A stretch of DNA of 64,000 nucleotides from positions 190 to 64,189 of the forward strand of contig JABHWJ010000020.1 of NCBI GenBank assembly GCA_018657845.1. The letters are read 5' to 3'. Numbering within the stretch: position 1 is the first letter of the stretch; every line of letters begins with the position of its first letter. A program made the position numbers and the translations under genes. The notes under the pieces were generated by a model, which worked only from the letters and a program-made list of their open reading frames with translations, did not search any database and had not been told where the DNA came from. Positions 9,907 to 18,535 of the stretch are shown one piece after another. This DNA is from Candidatus Woesearchaeota archaeon (GTDB lineage: Archaea; Nanobdellota; Nanobdellia; Woesearchaeales; GW2011-AR9).

Positions 9907-9919
9907 TATATAAAGTTTT
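9907..9919 (-). promoter_or_regulatory. Putative BRE/TATA promoter for the six-gene membrane-module cluster
   Basis: The minus strand reads aaaactttatata, resembling other TATA elements in the window (aaaactttataaa, aaacctttataaa). It lies about 29 nt upstream of the ATG at 9883, consistent with a leaderless transcript. Confidence 0.45.
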
Positions 9920-9954
9920 CTCTACCTCACCTTACAGATAACAAAGAAAATGAT

Positions 9955-10027
9955 TGTCTGCTTTGCCAAGAGAGGCGCATGAGTTCGGTGTTTTTGAGAA
10001 CTCATAACCGCGCCGTGCAAGCCGACA
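9955..10027. ncRNA. Candidate structured small RNA: 73-nt three-tier hairpin, GC-rich island, class and strand undetermined
   Basis: Upper stem is atgagttc (9979-9986) / gaactcat (9998-10005), 8 bp perfect. Middle stem is ggcgc (9974-9978) / gcgcc (10010-10014). Lower stem is tgtctgctttgc (9955-9966) / gcaagccgaca (10017-10027), with one mismatch and one bulge. The element is visibly more G+C-rich than its flanks and lies between two divergent TATA boxes, outside any ORF. Confidence 0.35.
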
Positions 10028-10046
10028 AATCACTTACCAAAGAAAA

Positions 10047-10056
10047 CTTTATAAAT
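10047..10056 (+). promoter_or_regulatory. Putative TATA box for the S19e-L39e-L31e-Cbf5 unit
   Basis: ctttataaat is preceded by purine-rich agaaaa (BRE-like). Its centre is about 28 nt upstream of the S19e ATG at 10080. Confidence 0.5.
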
Positions 10057-10079
10057 GAATCCATATCTCAACCTTAACC

Positions 10080-10532
10080 ATGACTCATATTAATCTAGTT
10101 AATCCAAATGAACTTATCAGCAGAGCTGCTGAAGAATTAAAAAACCAAAAACTGGTTCAACCATTAGAGTGGTCCAAGTTTGTTAAGACTGGCCATCACA
10201 AAGAACGTCAACCAGATAGTTTAGATTGGTGGTATGCTAGATCTGCTGCTATTCTTAGAACCATTAATAATAGAGGTCCTGTTGGAACCCAAAAATTAAG
10301 AACCAAATATGGCGGAAAGAAAAACCGAGGCCACAAACCAGAACATGCTTACAAGGCTTCTGGATCAATTATTAGAAAAATTCTTCAACAATTAGAAAAA
10401 TCAGAATTAATTCAAAAAACAGAGAAAGGAGTTCATAAAGGACGTATTCTTACTCCTAAAGGAATCTCTTTCCTTGATAAACTTGCAGTTCAAATTAATA
10501 AAGAAACACAAAAAAATAAACAAATTAAATAA
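10080..10532 (+). CDS. rps19e: Ribosomal protein S19e
   Basis: The sequence EWSKFVKTGHHKERQPDSLDWWYARSAAILRTINNRGPVGTQKLRTKYGG...GSIIRKILQQLEK is the S19e signature. Confidence 0.9.
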   Translation: MTHINLVNPNELISRAAEELKNQKLVQPLEWSKFVKTGHHKERQPDSLDWWYARSAAILRTINNRGPVGTQKLRTKYGGKKNRGHKPEHAYKASGSIIRKILQQLEKSELIQKTEKGVHKGRILTPKGISFLDKLAVQINKETQKNKQIK

Positions 10533-10537
10533 ATAAA

Positions 10538-10711
10538 ATGGCAAGAAATATACATCCTTCCAGAAAAAAGCGGTTAATTAAATTAGCTGGCCAAACTAAA
10601 TGGGCTCCCTTCTGGACTGTTTTCAAGATCTATGGTAAAGGTAGAAAAGTTCACCCTTCTCGTCACACCGATGTTAAAAGAAGTTGGAGAAGAACTAAAA
10701 CTAAAGCTTAA
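10538..10711 (+). CDS. rpl39e: Ribosomal protein L39e (57 aa; below the ORF-track size cutoff)
   Basis: Manual translation gives MARNIHPSRKKRLIKLAGQTKWAPFWTVFKIYGKGRKVHPSRHTDVKRSWRRTKTKA, typical of L39e. It fills the gap between S19e and L31e. Confidence 0.85.
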   Translation: MARNIHPSRKKRLIKLAGQTKWAPFWTVFKIYGKGRKVHPSRHTDVKRSWRRTKTKA

Positions 10712-10733
10712 TCTTGTTTATTAAAATAAAAAA

Positions 10734-11240
10734 ATGGCAAAAAAAGAAACTACTCTTGAAAGAACTTACAACGTTCCTTTACGTAAAGAATTCCAAAAAG
10801 TTCCTCGTTGGAGAAAAACAAAAAAAGCCAGCACCACTTTAAGAGAGTTTATTCAAAAACATATGAAATCTGAAGATGTTAAAATTGGTCCATTCTTAAA
10901 TAAACACCTTTGGAAACATGGAATTAAAAATCCTCCTCATCACGTTAAAATTACTGTTCAAAAAAATGAGAAAGGTGTTGTAAAAGCTGAACTCTTTGGT
11001 CATAAAATAGAAGAAGAAAAAAGTACCAAGAAAAAATCAAAATTGCAAGAAGTAGCTGAGAAAGCAGGTGTAAAGATGCCTAAGAAAACCGAAAAGAAGG
11101 CAGAGAAAAAAGAAGTAAATGAAGAAAAAGTAGAAACTAAAGAAGAAGTAAAAGAAAATAAAGAAGAACCAGTAGAAGAACCTAAAACTGAAGAATCTCC
11201 TGCACCTGAAACCACCGAAGCACCTGAAGAAAAAGAATAA
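10734..11240 (+). CDS. rpl31e: Ribosomal protein L31e with ~75-aa K/E-rich C-terminal extension
   Basis: The L31e core is ERTYNVPLRKEFQKVPRWRKTKKASTTLREFIQKHMKSEDVKIGPFLNKHLWKHGIKNPPHHVKITV. The tail is EEEKSTKKKSKLQE...EESPAPETTEAPEEKE. Confidence 0.88.
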   Translation: MAKKETTLERTYNVPLRKEFQKVPRWRKTKKASTTLREFIQKHMKSEDVKIGPFLNKHLWKHGIKNPPHHVKITVQKNEKGVVKAELFGHKIEEEKSTKKKSKLQEVAEKAGVKMPKKTEKKAEKKEVNEEKVETKEEVKENKEEPVEEPKTEESPAPETTEAPEEKE

Positions 11241-11303
11241 TTCTTTTAATTTTATCCAAAATTTTAAAAACTGTCTTAGTTAGCAATACTAAAATCTTAA
11301 AAA

Positions 11304-12278
11304 ATGAAATCCAAACAAATCTTCACCAAAATCAAAGCCGAAGGAACCTTCGGCAATCTTCCAGAACAACGCTCAATAGAAGAACTAACCAATTATGGAA
11401 TCATCAACTTAGACAAACCAGCCGGACCAACGTCTCATCAAGTTTCAGACAAGATTAAAAAAATATTCAAAGTTAAAAAAGCTGGCCATTCTGGTACATT
11501 AGATCCTCAAGTAACTGGAGTCCAACCCATTGCAATTGGAAGAGCTACCAAAATAACTCAATTTCTTCTTACTGCCCCTAAAGAATATGTGGGGATCATG
11601 CACATCCATAAATTGGTCGAACAAAATATTGTTGAAGAAACAATTAAACAGTTCATCGGGAAAATCCAACAACTTCCCCCAATAAAAAGTGCAGTCAAAC
11701 GTCAAATTCGAACTAGAGAAATTTATGAATTTGAACTTTTAGAAATTAAAAAACAAGATGTCCTTTTCCGTGTCAAATGCCAAGCTGGAACATACATTAG
11801 AAAACTTTGTCATGATCTTGGTCAAGCCATGAACGTCGGAGCACACATGGCAGAACTAAGAAGGACTCAGGCTGGACCATTTACTGAAGCAGACCATCTC
11901 GCATCCCTCCCTGATGTTAAAGATGCTTATCATCTCTACAAAGAAGAAGACAACTCCAAATTTCTAAAAAAGATTCTTCAGCCAATTGAAAACGCCACAG
12001 TTCATCTTCCAAAATGTTGGATCCTTGATACTACTATTACTAGCCTCACCCATGGAAGAGACCTTGCTGTTCCTGGAATCTCCAAATTAGAAAATTTCCG
12101 TAAAGACGAAACTGTTGCCATCCTCACCCTTAAAGGAGAACTTGTCGCAGTGGGAGAGGCCTTAATGTCTGGAGTAGAAATAAACACTAAAGAAAAAGGT
12201 TTAGCAATAAAAATAAGTAAAGTATTCATGGAAGCTATAGAAAATCAAGAAACTAAAAAAACACCACAAAAACAATAA
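11304..12278 (+). CDS. cbf5: tRNA/rRNA pseudouridine synthase Cbf5 (H/ACA RNP catalytic subunit), TruB + PUA domains
   Basis: NLDKPAGPTSHQVSDKIKKIF..KAGHSGTLDPQVTGV contains the TruB catalytic Asp motif. The C-terminal region is PUA-like. Confidence 0.9.
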   Translation: MKSKQIFTKIKAEGTFGNLPEQRSIEELTNYGIINLDKPAGPTSHQVSDKIKKIFKVKKAGHSGTLDPQVTGVQPIAIGRATKITQFLLTAPKEYVGIMHIHKLVEQNIVEETIKQFIGKIQQLPPIKSAVKRQIRTREIYEFELLEIKKQDVLFRVKCQAGTYIRKLCHDLGQAMNVGAHMAELRRTQAGPFTEADHLASLPDVKDAYHLYKEEDNSKFLKKILQPIENATVHLPKCWILDTTITSLTHGRDLAVPGISKLENFRKDETVAILTLKGELVAVGEALMSGVEINTKEKGLAIKISKVFMEAIENQETKKTPQKQ

Positions 12279-12296
12279 TAAACAACGACCAAATAA

Positions 12297-12890
12297 TTAT
12301 AATTCTATAGTCATCCCTTCCCACCCAGGATTAATTACTTTTGTTATTCCAATTTCATCTACTGCTCCTGCAGTTTCATGAATATGTCCGCACACAACTA
12401 ATCTTGGAACTATTCTTTCGATGAATTTTCTAAAATCTTTATTTCCCACATGGTCTTCATTAATTTTATCTGCACTAACTCCAAAAGGTGGGCCATGGGT
12501 AACTAAAATAATTTTTTTATCTTGATACTTCCCGTACCACCCTCTAGCAACTCCTCGAAATTCAGGATCAGATTGAGAGAATCCCCCTCCACCATAACCT
12601 AAAAATACAAAATCCTCTATCTCCACTGCTTTTTTGTGGAAGAAAACAAAATTCTTAAATTCCTTCGCTTTTTTCTCCATCTCTTCTTCAGCTTCATGAT
12701 TTCCATGGATTACTAGAATTTTCTTTCCGATTTTATTTAACTCTTGCATAAGATAACCCAAACTTCGTTCAAATGTAGATAAATCTCCTGCCACTACAAT
12801 AAAATCTATATCATCCTTCTTTGCTCTAGAAATCAACTTCTTTAATATTTTTTTATCTTCGTGCAAATCAACAAAAGTTAAAAATTTCAT
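12297..12890 (-). CDS. Calcineurin-like metallophosphoesterase (YfcE/MJ0936-like)
   Basis: Motifs appear in the canonical order: VDLHED, VVAGDL, HGNHE, VTHGPP, GHIHE. Confidence 0.8.
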   Translation of the reverse strand: MKFLTFVDLHEDKKILKKLISRAKKDDIDFIVVAGDLSTFERSLGYLMQELNKIGKKILVIHGNHEAEEEMEKKAKEFKNFVFFHKKAVEIEDFVFLGYGGGGFSQSDPEFRGVARGWYGKYQDKKIILVTHGPPFGVSADKINEDHVGNKDFRKFIERIVPRLVVCGHIHETAGAVDEIGITKVINPGWEGMTIEL

Positions 12891-12921
12891 TCTTTTTCTT
12901 GACCTCTAAGTCGACCAAAGA

Positions 12922-13677
12922 TTATTCTTGGCCTTCTACTTCGGGTTGAGAATCTTTATTATCTGGTTCTGGTTGAGAATCTTCATTCTTTACTTGGCCC
13001 ACCGAGTTCTCTGTTTCTTCAAGATTCTGTGTTTCTTCAGGCAAGGATTTTTCTTCTTCCTTCTTAACCTTAAGAGTAACTGCCTTTTTTGCTTGAGATT
13101 CTGGTTCTAATTTTACTACCCTAACTAATACATCTTTTACTGGACAGATTTTGCTTAATCTCTTTTTTGTTTCGATTTGGAATTTATTTCTCAATAAATT
13201 TTCCAAGAAAACATCTAAATTAGATTTATTAGCAAAATCAACTAAAGCTTCTCTAACTATCGCTCTCAAATCAGTACAAGTAGAATGGGGCACTTTAAAA
13301 GTAGTTGAAACTAAAGTTTTAATCCTAATAAGTTTACCCTCTTTAGTTCTGGTTATGAAAGATTCATCTGCTCGAGCCCCTCTTCTTTTAACCATTTTTT
13401 TAATGAAAAAAGGAACATAATTATAACCAATTCCTTCTGTTTCTAAATCGCTACCAGAAACACTTTTAACTTTTAAAGAAACATAAACATTTTGATCTCT
13501 TACACTACCAGTTAAATCTCTTAAACTTATTTTCATTTCTCTCCCGACTGCCACATTTGCCTCAGTGAGATAACTCTCTCCTATCTTTTTCTTTCCTAAG
13601 AAAGCAGGAGAATATATTGGGAACCATCTTTTCTTTTTTACTTTTATTTTAGCTGTTTTTTTTTGTGCTTTTGCCAT
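12922..13677 (-). CDS. rps3ae: Ribosomal protein S3Ae (S1e) with acidic C-terminal tail
   Basis: KKKRWFPIYSPAFLGKKKIGESYLTEANVAVGREMKISLRDLTG is the S3Ae N-terminal signature. The tail is EETQNLEETENSVGQVKNEDSQPEPDNKDSQPEVEGQE. Confidence 0.88.
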   Translation of the reverse strand: MAKAQKKTAKIKVKKKRWFPIYSPAFLGKKKIGESYLTEANVAVGREMKISLRDLTGSVRDQNVYVSLKVKSVSGSDLETEGIGYNYVPFFIKKMVKRRGARADESFITRTKEGKLIRIKTLVSTTFKVPHSTCTDLRAIVREALVDFANKSNLDVFLENLLRNKFQIETKKRLSKICPVKDVLVRVVKLEPESQAKKAVTLKVKKEEEKSLPEETQNLEETENSVGQVKNEDSQPEPDNKDSQPEVEGQE

Positions 13678-13990
13678 TTTATTTTATGAACCTCATAATT
13701 GTTATTTTATATTCCTAAATCTAATTTAGATACCCAATTTGTTTTTAAATTAAGAGATTGTTTAAAAAGGTATCGGAAAAATTTTTCTCTTGTGACATCC
13801 AAAAAATCACCTTCATCAAACCTCAAAGATAATTCCTTTTTTTAATAATAAAAATCCCAAAATAAGCCCATTTCTAGCCCCATTTCAAAAAAGAATATAA
13901 TAAATTGCCTTCTAATTAAGAAACCAAGCCCAAAATACCACCAGAAAGGGAAAAGAAACATATTTAAATAAGTGAATCCTCCAAATATCC

Positions 13991-15154
13991 ATGGGAAAAA
14001 AACTAGGTGTGGAATTAGAACTTCTAGTATTAGATTCTCAATTCAGAGAAACCAATCAAGCCGATGTTTTATTGGACGCCGCTAAAAATCAAGATCTTCC
14101 TTTAGTTGGAGAATGTTCACACGCCATGGTTGAACTAAATGGCAAGCCAGGAGATACTTTTTATGTCCTTGAAGACTTCATACATAATATTTCCAAACTA
14201 AATGAATTAGCTCGTAGCTTAAATCTTTATGTCCTCCCAATAGAAACTCCTTTGGACCCAAACTTTACTCCTAAAATCAGAGATCATCCTCGCTATTCCG
14301 CTAAAAGAAAATTATTAGGAGAAGAAAGATTTACGATTAGTGGGAAAGTATTAGGATTCCATACCCATTATGAATTGGAAGAATCAGACCAAAAAAAAGT
14401 TGATCAAATTAATTTCTTAACCTTAATGGATCCTCCAGCAATCACTATTAGTGCCAGTTCTCCTAAAAAAAACCCAGATGGAAGTTTATTCAATAACTGG
14501 AGAACCTATTCATACCGTAACATAGTTCATGAAAACCTTCCCTTTCAAGGCCACTTACAACAATTCAGACAATCATATAACGAATATTTAGAACAACTCG
14601 AAGAAGAATTCTCTAGGTTCATCAACTTAAGTGCGCAACAAGAGATTGATTTCTCTTCTTGTTCAACACAGTATAATTCTATCTGGGGCCCAGTAAGAAT
14701 TAACCCTGGTTACCAAACTGTAGAAATTAGAAGCCCCGGAGCTAATCCAGATTTACATCTTTTGTTCTCTCTCGCAACAATCATTAAGGGAGGATTAAGA
14801 AGAATTGCCGAGGACCCTTCTTCTGCTGAGGATAATGCTTATTTCAAACTCTTATTAAATGATGGAAATCCAGGAGAATCTTTTGAAATTCTTCAAGCCC
14901 TTAGTTATGATTCTATGCAATATGGATTAGCATCCGAGACTGTGACAAACTTTTGTCAAAACGCATACGACTTTTGTAAAGAATCATTAACTCCTAGAGA
15001 ATTAGCCCTCACCCAAAACTTGGACCCCTTTATCTCTTCAAGAAAGAATATGTCCGATTATATTCATTCCCTCAAAGGTTCAACCCAAGATAAATATTCC
15101 CACCTACACGACCTATATTTGGGATCTTTAAAAACATTGAAGGGATTCTTATGA
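13991..15154 (+). CDS. GCS2-family carboxylate-amine ligase (YbdK / glutamate-cysteine ligase family 2-like)
   Basis: LGVELELLVLD, then ECSHAMVELNGKP and GFHTHYE, match the GCS2 pattern G.E.E..lvd / E....qvE..t.p / G.HvHv. A TATA-like atatttaaata lies about 25 nt upstream. Confidence 0.7.
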   Translation: MGKKLGVELELLVLDSQFRETNQADVLLDAAKNQDLPLVGECSHAMVELNGKPGDTFYVLEDFIHNISKLNELARSLNLYVLPIETPLDPNFTPKIRDHPRYSAKRKLLGEERFTISGKVLGFHTHYELEESDQKKVDQINFLTLMDPPAITISASSPKKNPDGSLFNNWRTYSYRNIVHENLPFQGHLQQFRQSYNEYLEQLEEEFSRFINLSAQQEIDFSSCSTQYNSIWGPVRINPGYQTVEIRSPGANPDLHLLFSLATIIKGGLRRIAEDPSSAEDNAYFKLLLNDGNPGESFEILQALSYDSMQYGLASETVTNFCQNAYDFCKESLTPRELALTQNLDPFISSRKNMSDYIHSLKGSTQDKYSHLHDLYLGSLKTLKGFL

Positions 15155-16026
15155 AACAGATGAATCTTGGAGCAATCCTTCGGGCCCCACTGCCACAACT
15201 AATTGCTCAAGAGAATTATTTTGGAGACTATGATCATCTTCTTTTCTTAAAAAACGTGGGTCACAAACTTACAGTTTCCAGAAAAGGAAAACACTTTGAA
15301 CAGATAGCTGATAAAGAATTAGTCTTCTTCTTTGATTTTCCATTTAACTCCCAATTAGCAGAAGAGCTCAGTTCCTATGAACCTCATGTAAAATTTGTTA
15401 ATCAACCCAGCGCAGTCTTAAAAACTTCAGAAAAGGATTTTGAGTTTACTCATTTTAACAAATACTTACCTCCTACTATTTTGATAAGAAACTCCTCTGA
15501 ACTAGAATTAGAAGATTTTATTAAAACTCACAAAAAAGTTATTGCCAAACCCTTGGATGGCACTGGAGGAAAAGATATATTCCCTTTTGATTTATCAGAT
15601 GATTCAACTGAAAACATCGCCAGAAAAGTTTCTGAACTTCACACCAATCATCATTCAGGATACCTTCTCCAAGAGTTCATTGAGAATAAAGGCGACATAA
15701 GAGTTATTTGCTACAATGGAAAAATTCTTGGCCATTTTGGAAGATATAATCCAAACCACCACACCAATAATTTAAGTAATGGTGGATTTGTTACTCGGCC
15801 AGAACTTACTAATAAAGACGCTAACACTTGTGAAGAAGTCTCTTCTTATCTCAAAGATATGGGTGTTTATTACGCTGGAATTGATCTTTTAGAATCTCGC
15901 CTTTTAGAAGTAAACGTAGCTTGTCCTGGAGGGGTTGGAGTAGTCACCCCTCGCTATGGTCGATCTGTACATGATGCTTTTAGAATGTTTGAGCAAGAAA
16001 CATATTCGTTGGTTAAGCAAATTTAA
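15151..16026 (+). CDS. ATP-grasp ligase, glutathione synthetase (GshB)/RimK-like
   Basis: VIAKPLDGTGGKDIF, LLQEFIENKGDIRVICYNGKILG, NLSNGG and GIDLLESRLLEVNVACPGG match the prokaryotic GshB C-terminal ATP-grasp blocks. The start overlaps the upstream stop (ATGA at 15151-15154). Confidence 0.75.
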   Translation: MKQMNLGAILRAPLPQLIAQENYFGDYDHLLFLKNVGHKLTVSRKGKHFEQIADKELVFFFDFPFNSQLAEELSSYEPHVKFVNQPSAVLKTSEKDFEFTHFNKYLPPTILIRNSSELELEDFIKTHKKVIAKPLDGTGGKDIFPFDLSDDSTENIARKVSELHTNHHSGYLLQEFIENKGDIRVICYNGKILGHFGRYNPNHHTNNLSNGGFVTRPELTNKDANTCEEVSSYLKDMGVYYAGIDLLESRLLEVNVACPGGVGVVTPRYGRSVHDAFRMFEQETYSLVKQI

Positions 16027-16052
16027 TAAAGAATAACTCTTCACAAATTAAG

Positions 16053-16661
16053 ATGATTCCATATAAACAAACTACCCCATTTACAACTGCGGCATCTTCT
16101 TTATTAATAATTCTAAACCACTTCAATCCTTCAATAAAACTTACTCAAGAAAATGAATTTGATATTTGGAAAAATACTGTTAACCTCCCCACTCGAGCTT
16201 CTTCAATTTATGCCCTAGCCACTTACGCAAAACGACAAGGATTGAATCCAAAAGTAATTGTCGAAGAAAAAGAATATAATTTTCCAGATTATAGATTTTA
16301 TTGTTATAAAAAAGAAGATATTCAACACGCAGCTTTTTCAGCAGAACAACATCTTAAGGAAGCAGAAAAAAATAATATTTCCATTAAAGAAAAAGAAATC
16401 TTCCTTAAAGATATTAAAAAAGAATTAAATAAAAATCATCTCGTTCTTCTTAGAATAAACACTAAACCCTTAAGAAATGAAAAAAGAAACACCTCTAATT
16501 TTATAGTTGTTCACGGTTACCAAAATGAATTCTTCAATATCATCGATCCCTTATTCGGAGCCTTATCTATTCCCGAAGAGACTATGCAAGAAGCCTTCCA
16601 TACTCTCGAAACAAAAAAATATCGGGATCACCGCATGATCATTTTTGAAACTATCAAATAA
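16053..16661 (+). CDS. Peptidase C39-like (papain-fold) domain protein, catalytic Cys position occupied by Thr
   Basis: KQTTPFTTAASSLLIILNHF aligns to the C39 pattern Q-x5-C-G-x-A-x-L with C->T and G->A. The downstream NFIVVHGYQNEFFNIIDP retains the His and Asp blocks. Assignment is by eye only. Confidence 0.5.
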   Translation: MIPYKQTTPFTTAASSLLIILNHFNPSIKLTQENEFDIWKNTVNLPTRASSIYALATYAKRQGLNPKVIVEEKEYNFPDYRFYCYKKEDIQHAAFSAEQHLKEAEKNNISIKEKEIFLKDIKKELNKNHLVLLRINTKPLRNEKRNTSNFIVVHGYQNEFFNIIDPLFGALSIPEETMQEAFHTLETKKYRDHRMIIFETIK

Positions 16662-16695
16662 TTTTCATTAAATAAAATAACATTAAACTGAAACT

Positions 16696-17433
16696 ATGTG
16701 TCGGATGATTATAGCCATTGGAGAACTTAATTTTAACCCATTAATAGACAGTCTTATCCTCATGGCCGAAGATAAAAATGAACTTCATGAACACAACAAA
16801 AATAACCAAGGAAGTTTCCTCCACAAAGAAGGTTGGGGCATTGCCTACTTAGATCAAGACCAAAATTGGATAATTGAAAAATCTCCCCTTCCAATTTACA
16901 AAGATTCAAAAATAGACCAATGTAGAAACATAAACACCAACCTTGCTATTCTTCATGTTCGCAAAGCCACTAAAGGAATTGTCTCCCTAGAAAACACTCA
17001 CCCTTTCCAACAACAAGATTTTGTTTTCTGTCACAATGGGGGAATCCATGAAGAAATTCTCCACAGCCCTTCTTTTCAACCTCAAGGAAATACTGACTCA
17101 GAAAAACTCTTTTACTCATTATTAACTGAAATAAACCATCATCCTAAGATTGAAGATGCAATTAAAATAAATCTAAACAAGTATCACAATTACTCAGGGA
17201 TAAATTTATTTCTAGCCAACAAAAGCCATTCTTATATTTACATCAAAAAAAATAACCTCAAAGAATATTTCCAAATGAAACTAGGAATAAATAAAAATTT
17301 CTTAATTATCAGCTCAGAAATTCTTCCCAACCTTCCTGAAACTAAATGGCAAATATTGGAACAAGATGACTTAATTACTATCAATAATCAAACCAAAGAA
17401 TTCTCCATCGAAAACACATCTAACTCTCAATAA
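16696..17433 (+). CDS. Class-II (Ntn) glutamine amidotransferase-like protein (YafJ/EgtC-like)
   Basis: N-terminal MC (Cys2 nucleophile) is followed by RMIIAIG. The blocks GWGIAY, LHVRKATKG..SLENTHPF and FCHNGG are typical GATase_2/Ntn. Confidence 0.75.
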   Translation: MCRMIIAIGELNFNPLIDSLILMAEDKNELHEHNKNNQGSFLHKEGWGIAYLDQDQNWIIEKSPLPIYKDSKIDQCRNINTNLAILHVRKATKGIVSLENTHPFQQQDFVFCHNGGIHEEILHSPSFQPQGNTDSEKLFYSLLTEINHHPKIEDAIKINLNKYHNYSGINLFLANKSHSYIYIKKNNLKEYFQMKLGINKNFLIISSEILPNLPETKWQILEQDDLITINNQTKEFSIENTSNSQ

Positions 17434-18520
17434 CTGTTAATCCTTTAGCTATTAAAATCTTCCTCACCGAATTATTTATCTGTTCTTCAGAAATCTCTCC
17501 TCTTTCTACAGCTTCTTTAATTCTTAATATCATTTCCCAAATTTCATTGGGATCTTCGTTAAAGTTAATAATTAAATCATTTCCTGCCACCACTAGATCT
17601 ACATACATATTTTCTATAGCTAAATAATAATCCTTTAAACCCAACATATTCACTTCATCACTAACTATTAATCCTTTAAACCCCTCCTTTACTCCCTTAA
17701 TAACTTCTTTGGAAACAACCGAAGGATATCCCTCAGAATCGACGGCCCCAGAAACGATTATATGACTCACCATTACCATTCCTACTTCTCCTTTCTCAAC
17801 TAGATAATTATAAGGATACAAATCTTCTTCTGCTATTGTCGCCACCACCAAAAATTTATGGGGATCTTTTACAACTAATGTTTTTCCGGGATAATGTTTG
17901 GCTGTAGCAATAACTCCTTCACTTTGCAAACCCAAAATATAAGCTTCTGCCAACTCACCAATTCTTTTTTCATCACCAGGAAAACTCCTACATTTCCAAA
18001 TCTCATCATTCAAATCAACAACAGGGGCATAATTAACATTAAATCCCAATCCTGACAAAAACTTTCCTTCATCACTACCTTTTTCAAATGCCTCTCCAGT
18101 ACTATTAATTTCACTCACTGCCACAAATTGTTTAAAATTAGCAAAAGGATTCCAACAACCCTCTAAATCCACAGTTACAAAAAAAGGTATCTCCATTTCT
18201 TCCTGAAATTTATCAATTATTTCTTTATACAGCTCTCCGTTTTGTAAAGCAAACAAATGAATTCCTCCAACTTGCATATTTTTCCAAGCATGTAAATTAT
18301 GTAATCCCCCATGTACAATAACCATCTGAGCTATCTTTTGTTCCAAACTCATTGAACTTAAATCTACCACTCCATCCTTCACTTCAAATTTCTGTTGTGG
18401 GATCAACCACCCTTTTGCTTTAGCAATATTCAAAGAACCCAACACTAAAACAAGCACTATTAAAACTAAAAAAATCTTTTCACTCAAACCTCTTTTTCTT
18501 TTTTTTATTCTAATCACCAC
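17420..18520 (-). CDS. Glycoside hydrolase family 3 (NagZ-like beta-N-acetylhexosaminidase), N-terminally membrane-anchored
   Basis: GGIHLF, PVVDLN, KHYPG and GLIVSDEVNMLG (nucleophile Asp block) match the GH3 N-domain motifs. The N-terminal helix IFLVLIVLVLVLGSLNIAKA acts as anchor or signal. Confidence 0.78.
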   Translation of the reverse strand: MVIRIKKRKRGLSEKIFLVLIVLVLVLGSLNIAKAKGWLIPQQKFEVKDGVVDLSSMSLEQKIAQMVIVHGGLHNLHAWKNMQVGGIHLFALQNGELYKEIIDKFQEEMEIPFFVTVDLEGCWNPFANFKQFVAVSEINSTGEAFEKGSDEGKFLSGLGFNVNYAPVVDLNDEIWKCRSFPGDEKRIGELAEAYILGLQSEGVIATAKHYPGKTLVVKDPHKFLVVATIAEEDLYPYNYLVEKGEVGMVMVSHIIVSGAVDSEGYPSVVSKEVIKGVKEGFKGLIVSDEVNMLGLKDYYLAIENMYVDLVVAGNDLIINFNEDPNEIWEMILRIKEAVERGEISEEQINNSVRKILIAKGLTVIES

Positions 18521-18535
18521 TAACTCTCTTGAACA

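Noticed and set aside
9955-10027. Calling the GC-rich hairpin an H/ACA guide RNA because of the terminal ACA and nearby cbf5.
   Set aside because: The internal loop is strongly asymmetric (7/2 nt) rather than a two-sided pseudouridylation pocket. The ACA is base-paired in the best fold, the spacing to the upper stem is too short, and no clear K-turn is seen. It is kept only as an unclassified RNA candidate.
13678-13990. The 313-nt divergent intergenic region was searched for small ORFs or RNA genes.
   Set aside because: Only very short ORFs (about 23 codons or fewer) are present, and I saw no GC-rich or strongly paired segment. Divergent TATA boxes for S3Ae and the GCS2 operon account for the ends. 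Nothing else could be supported.
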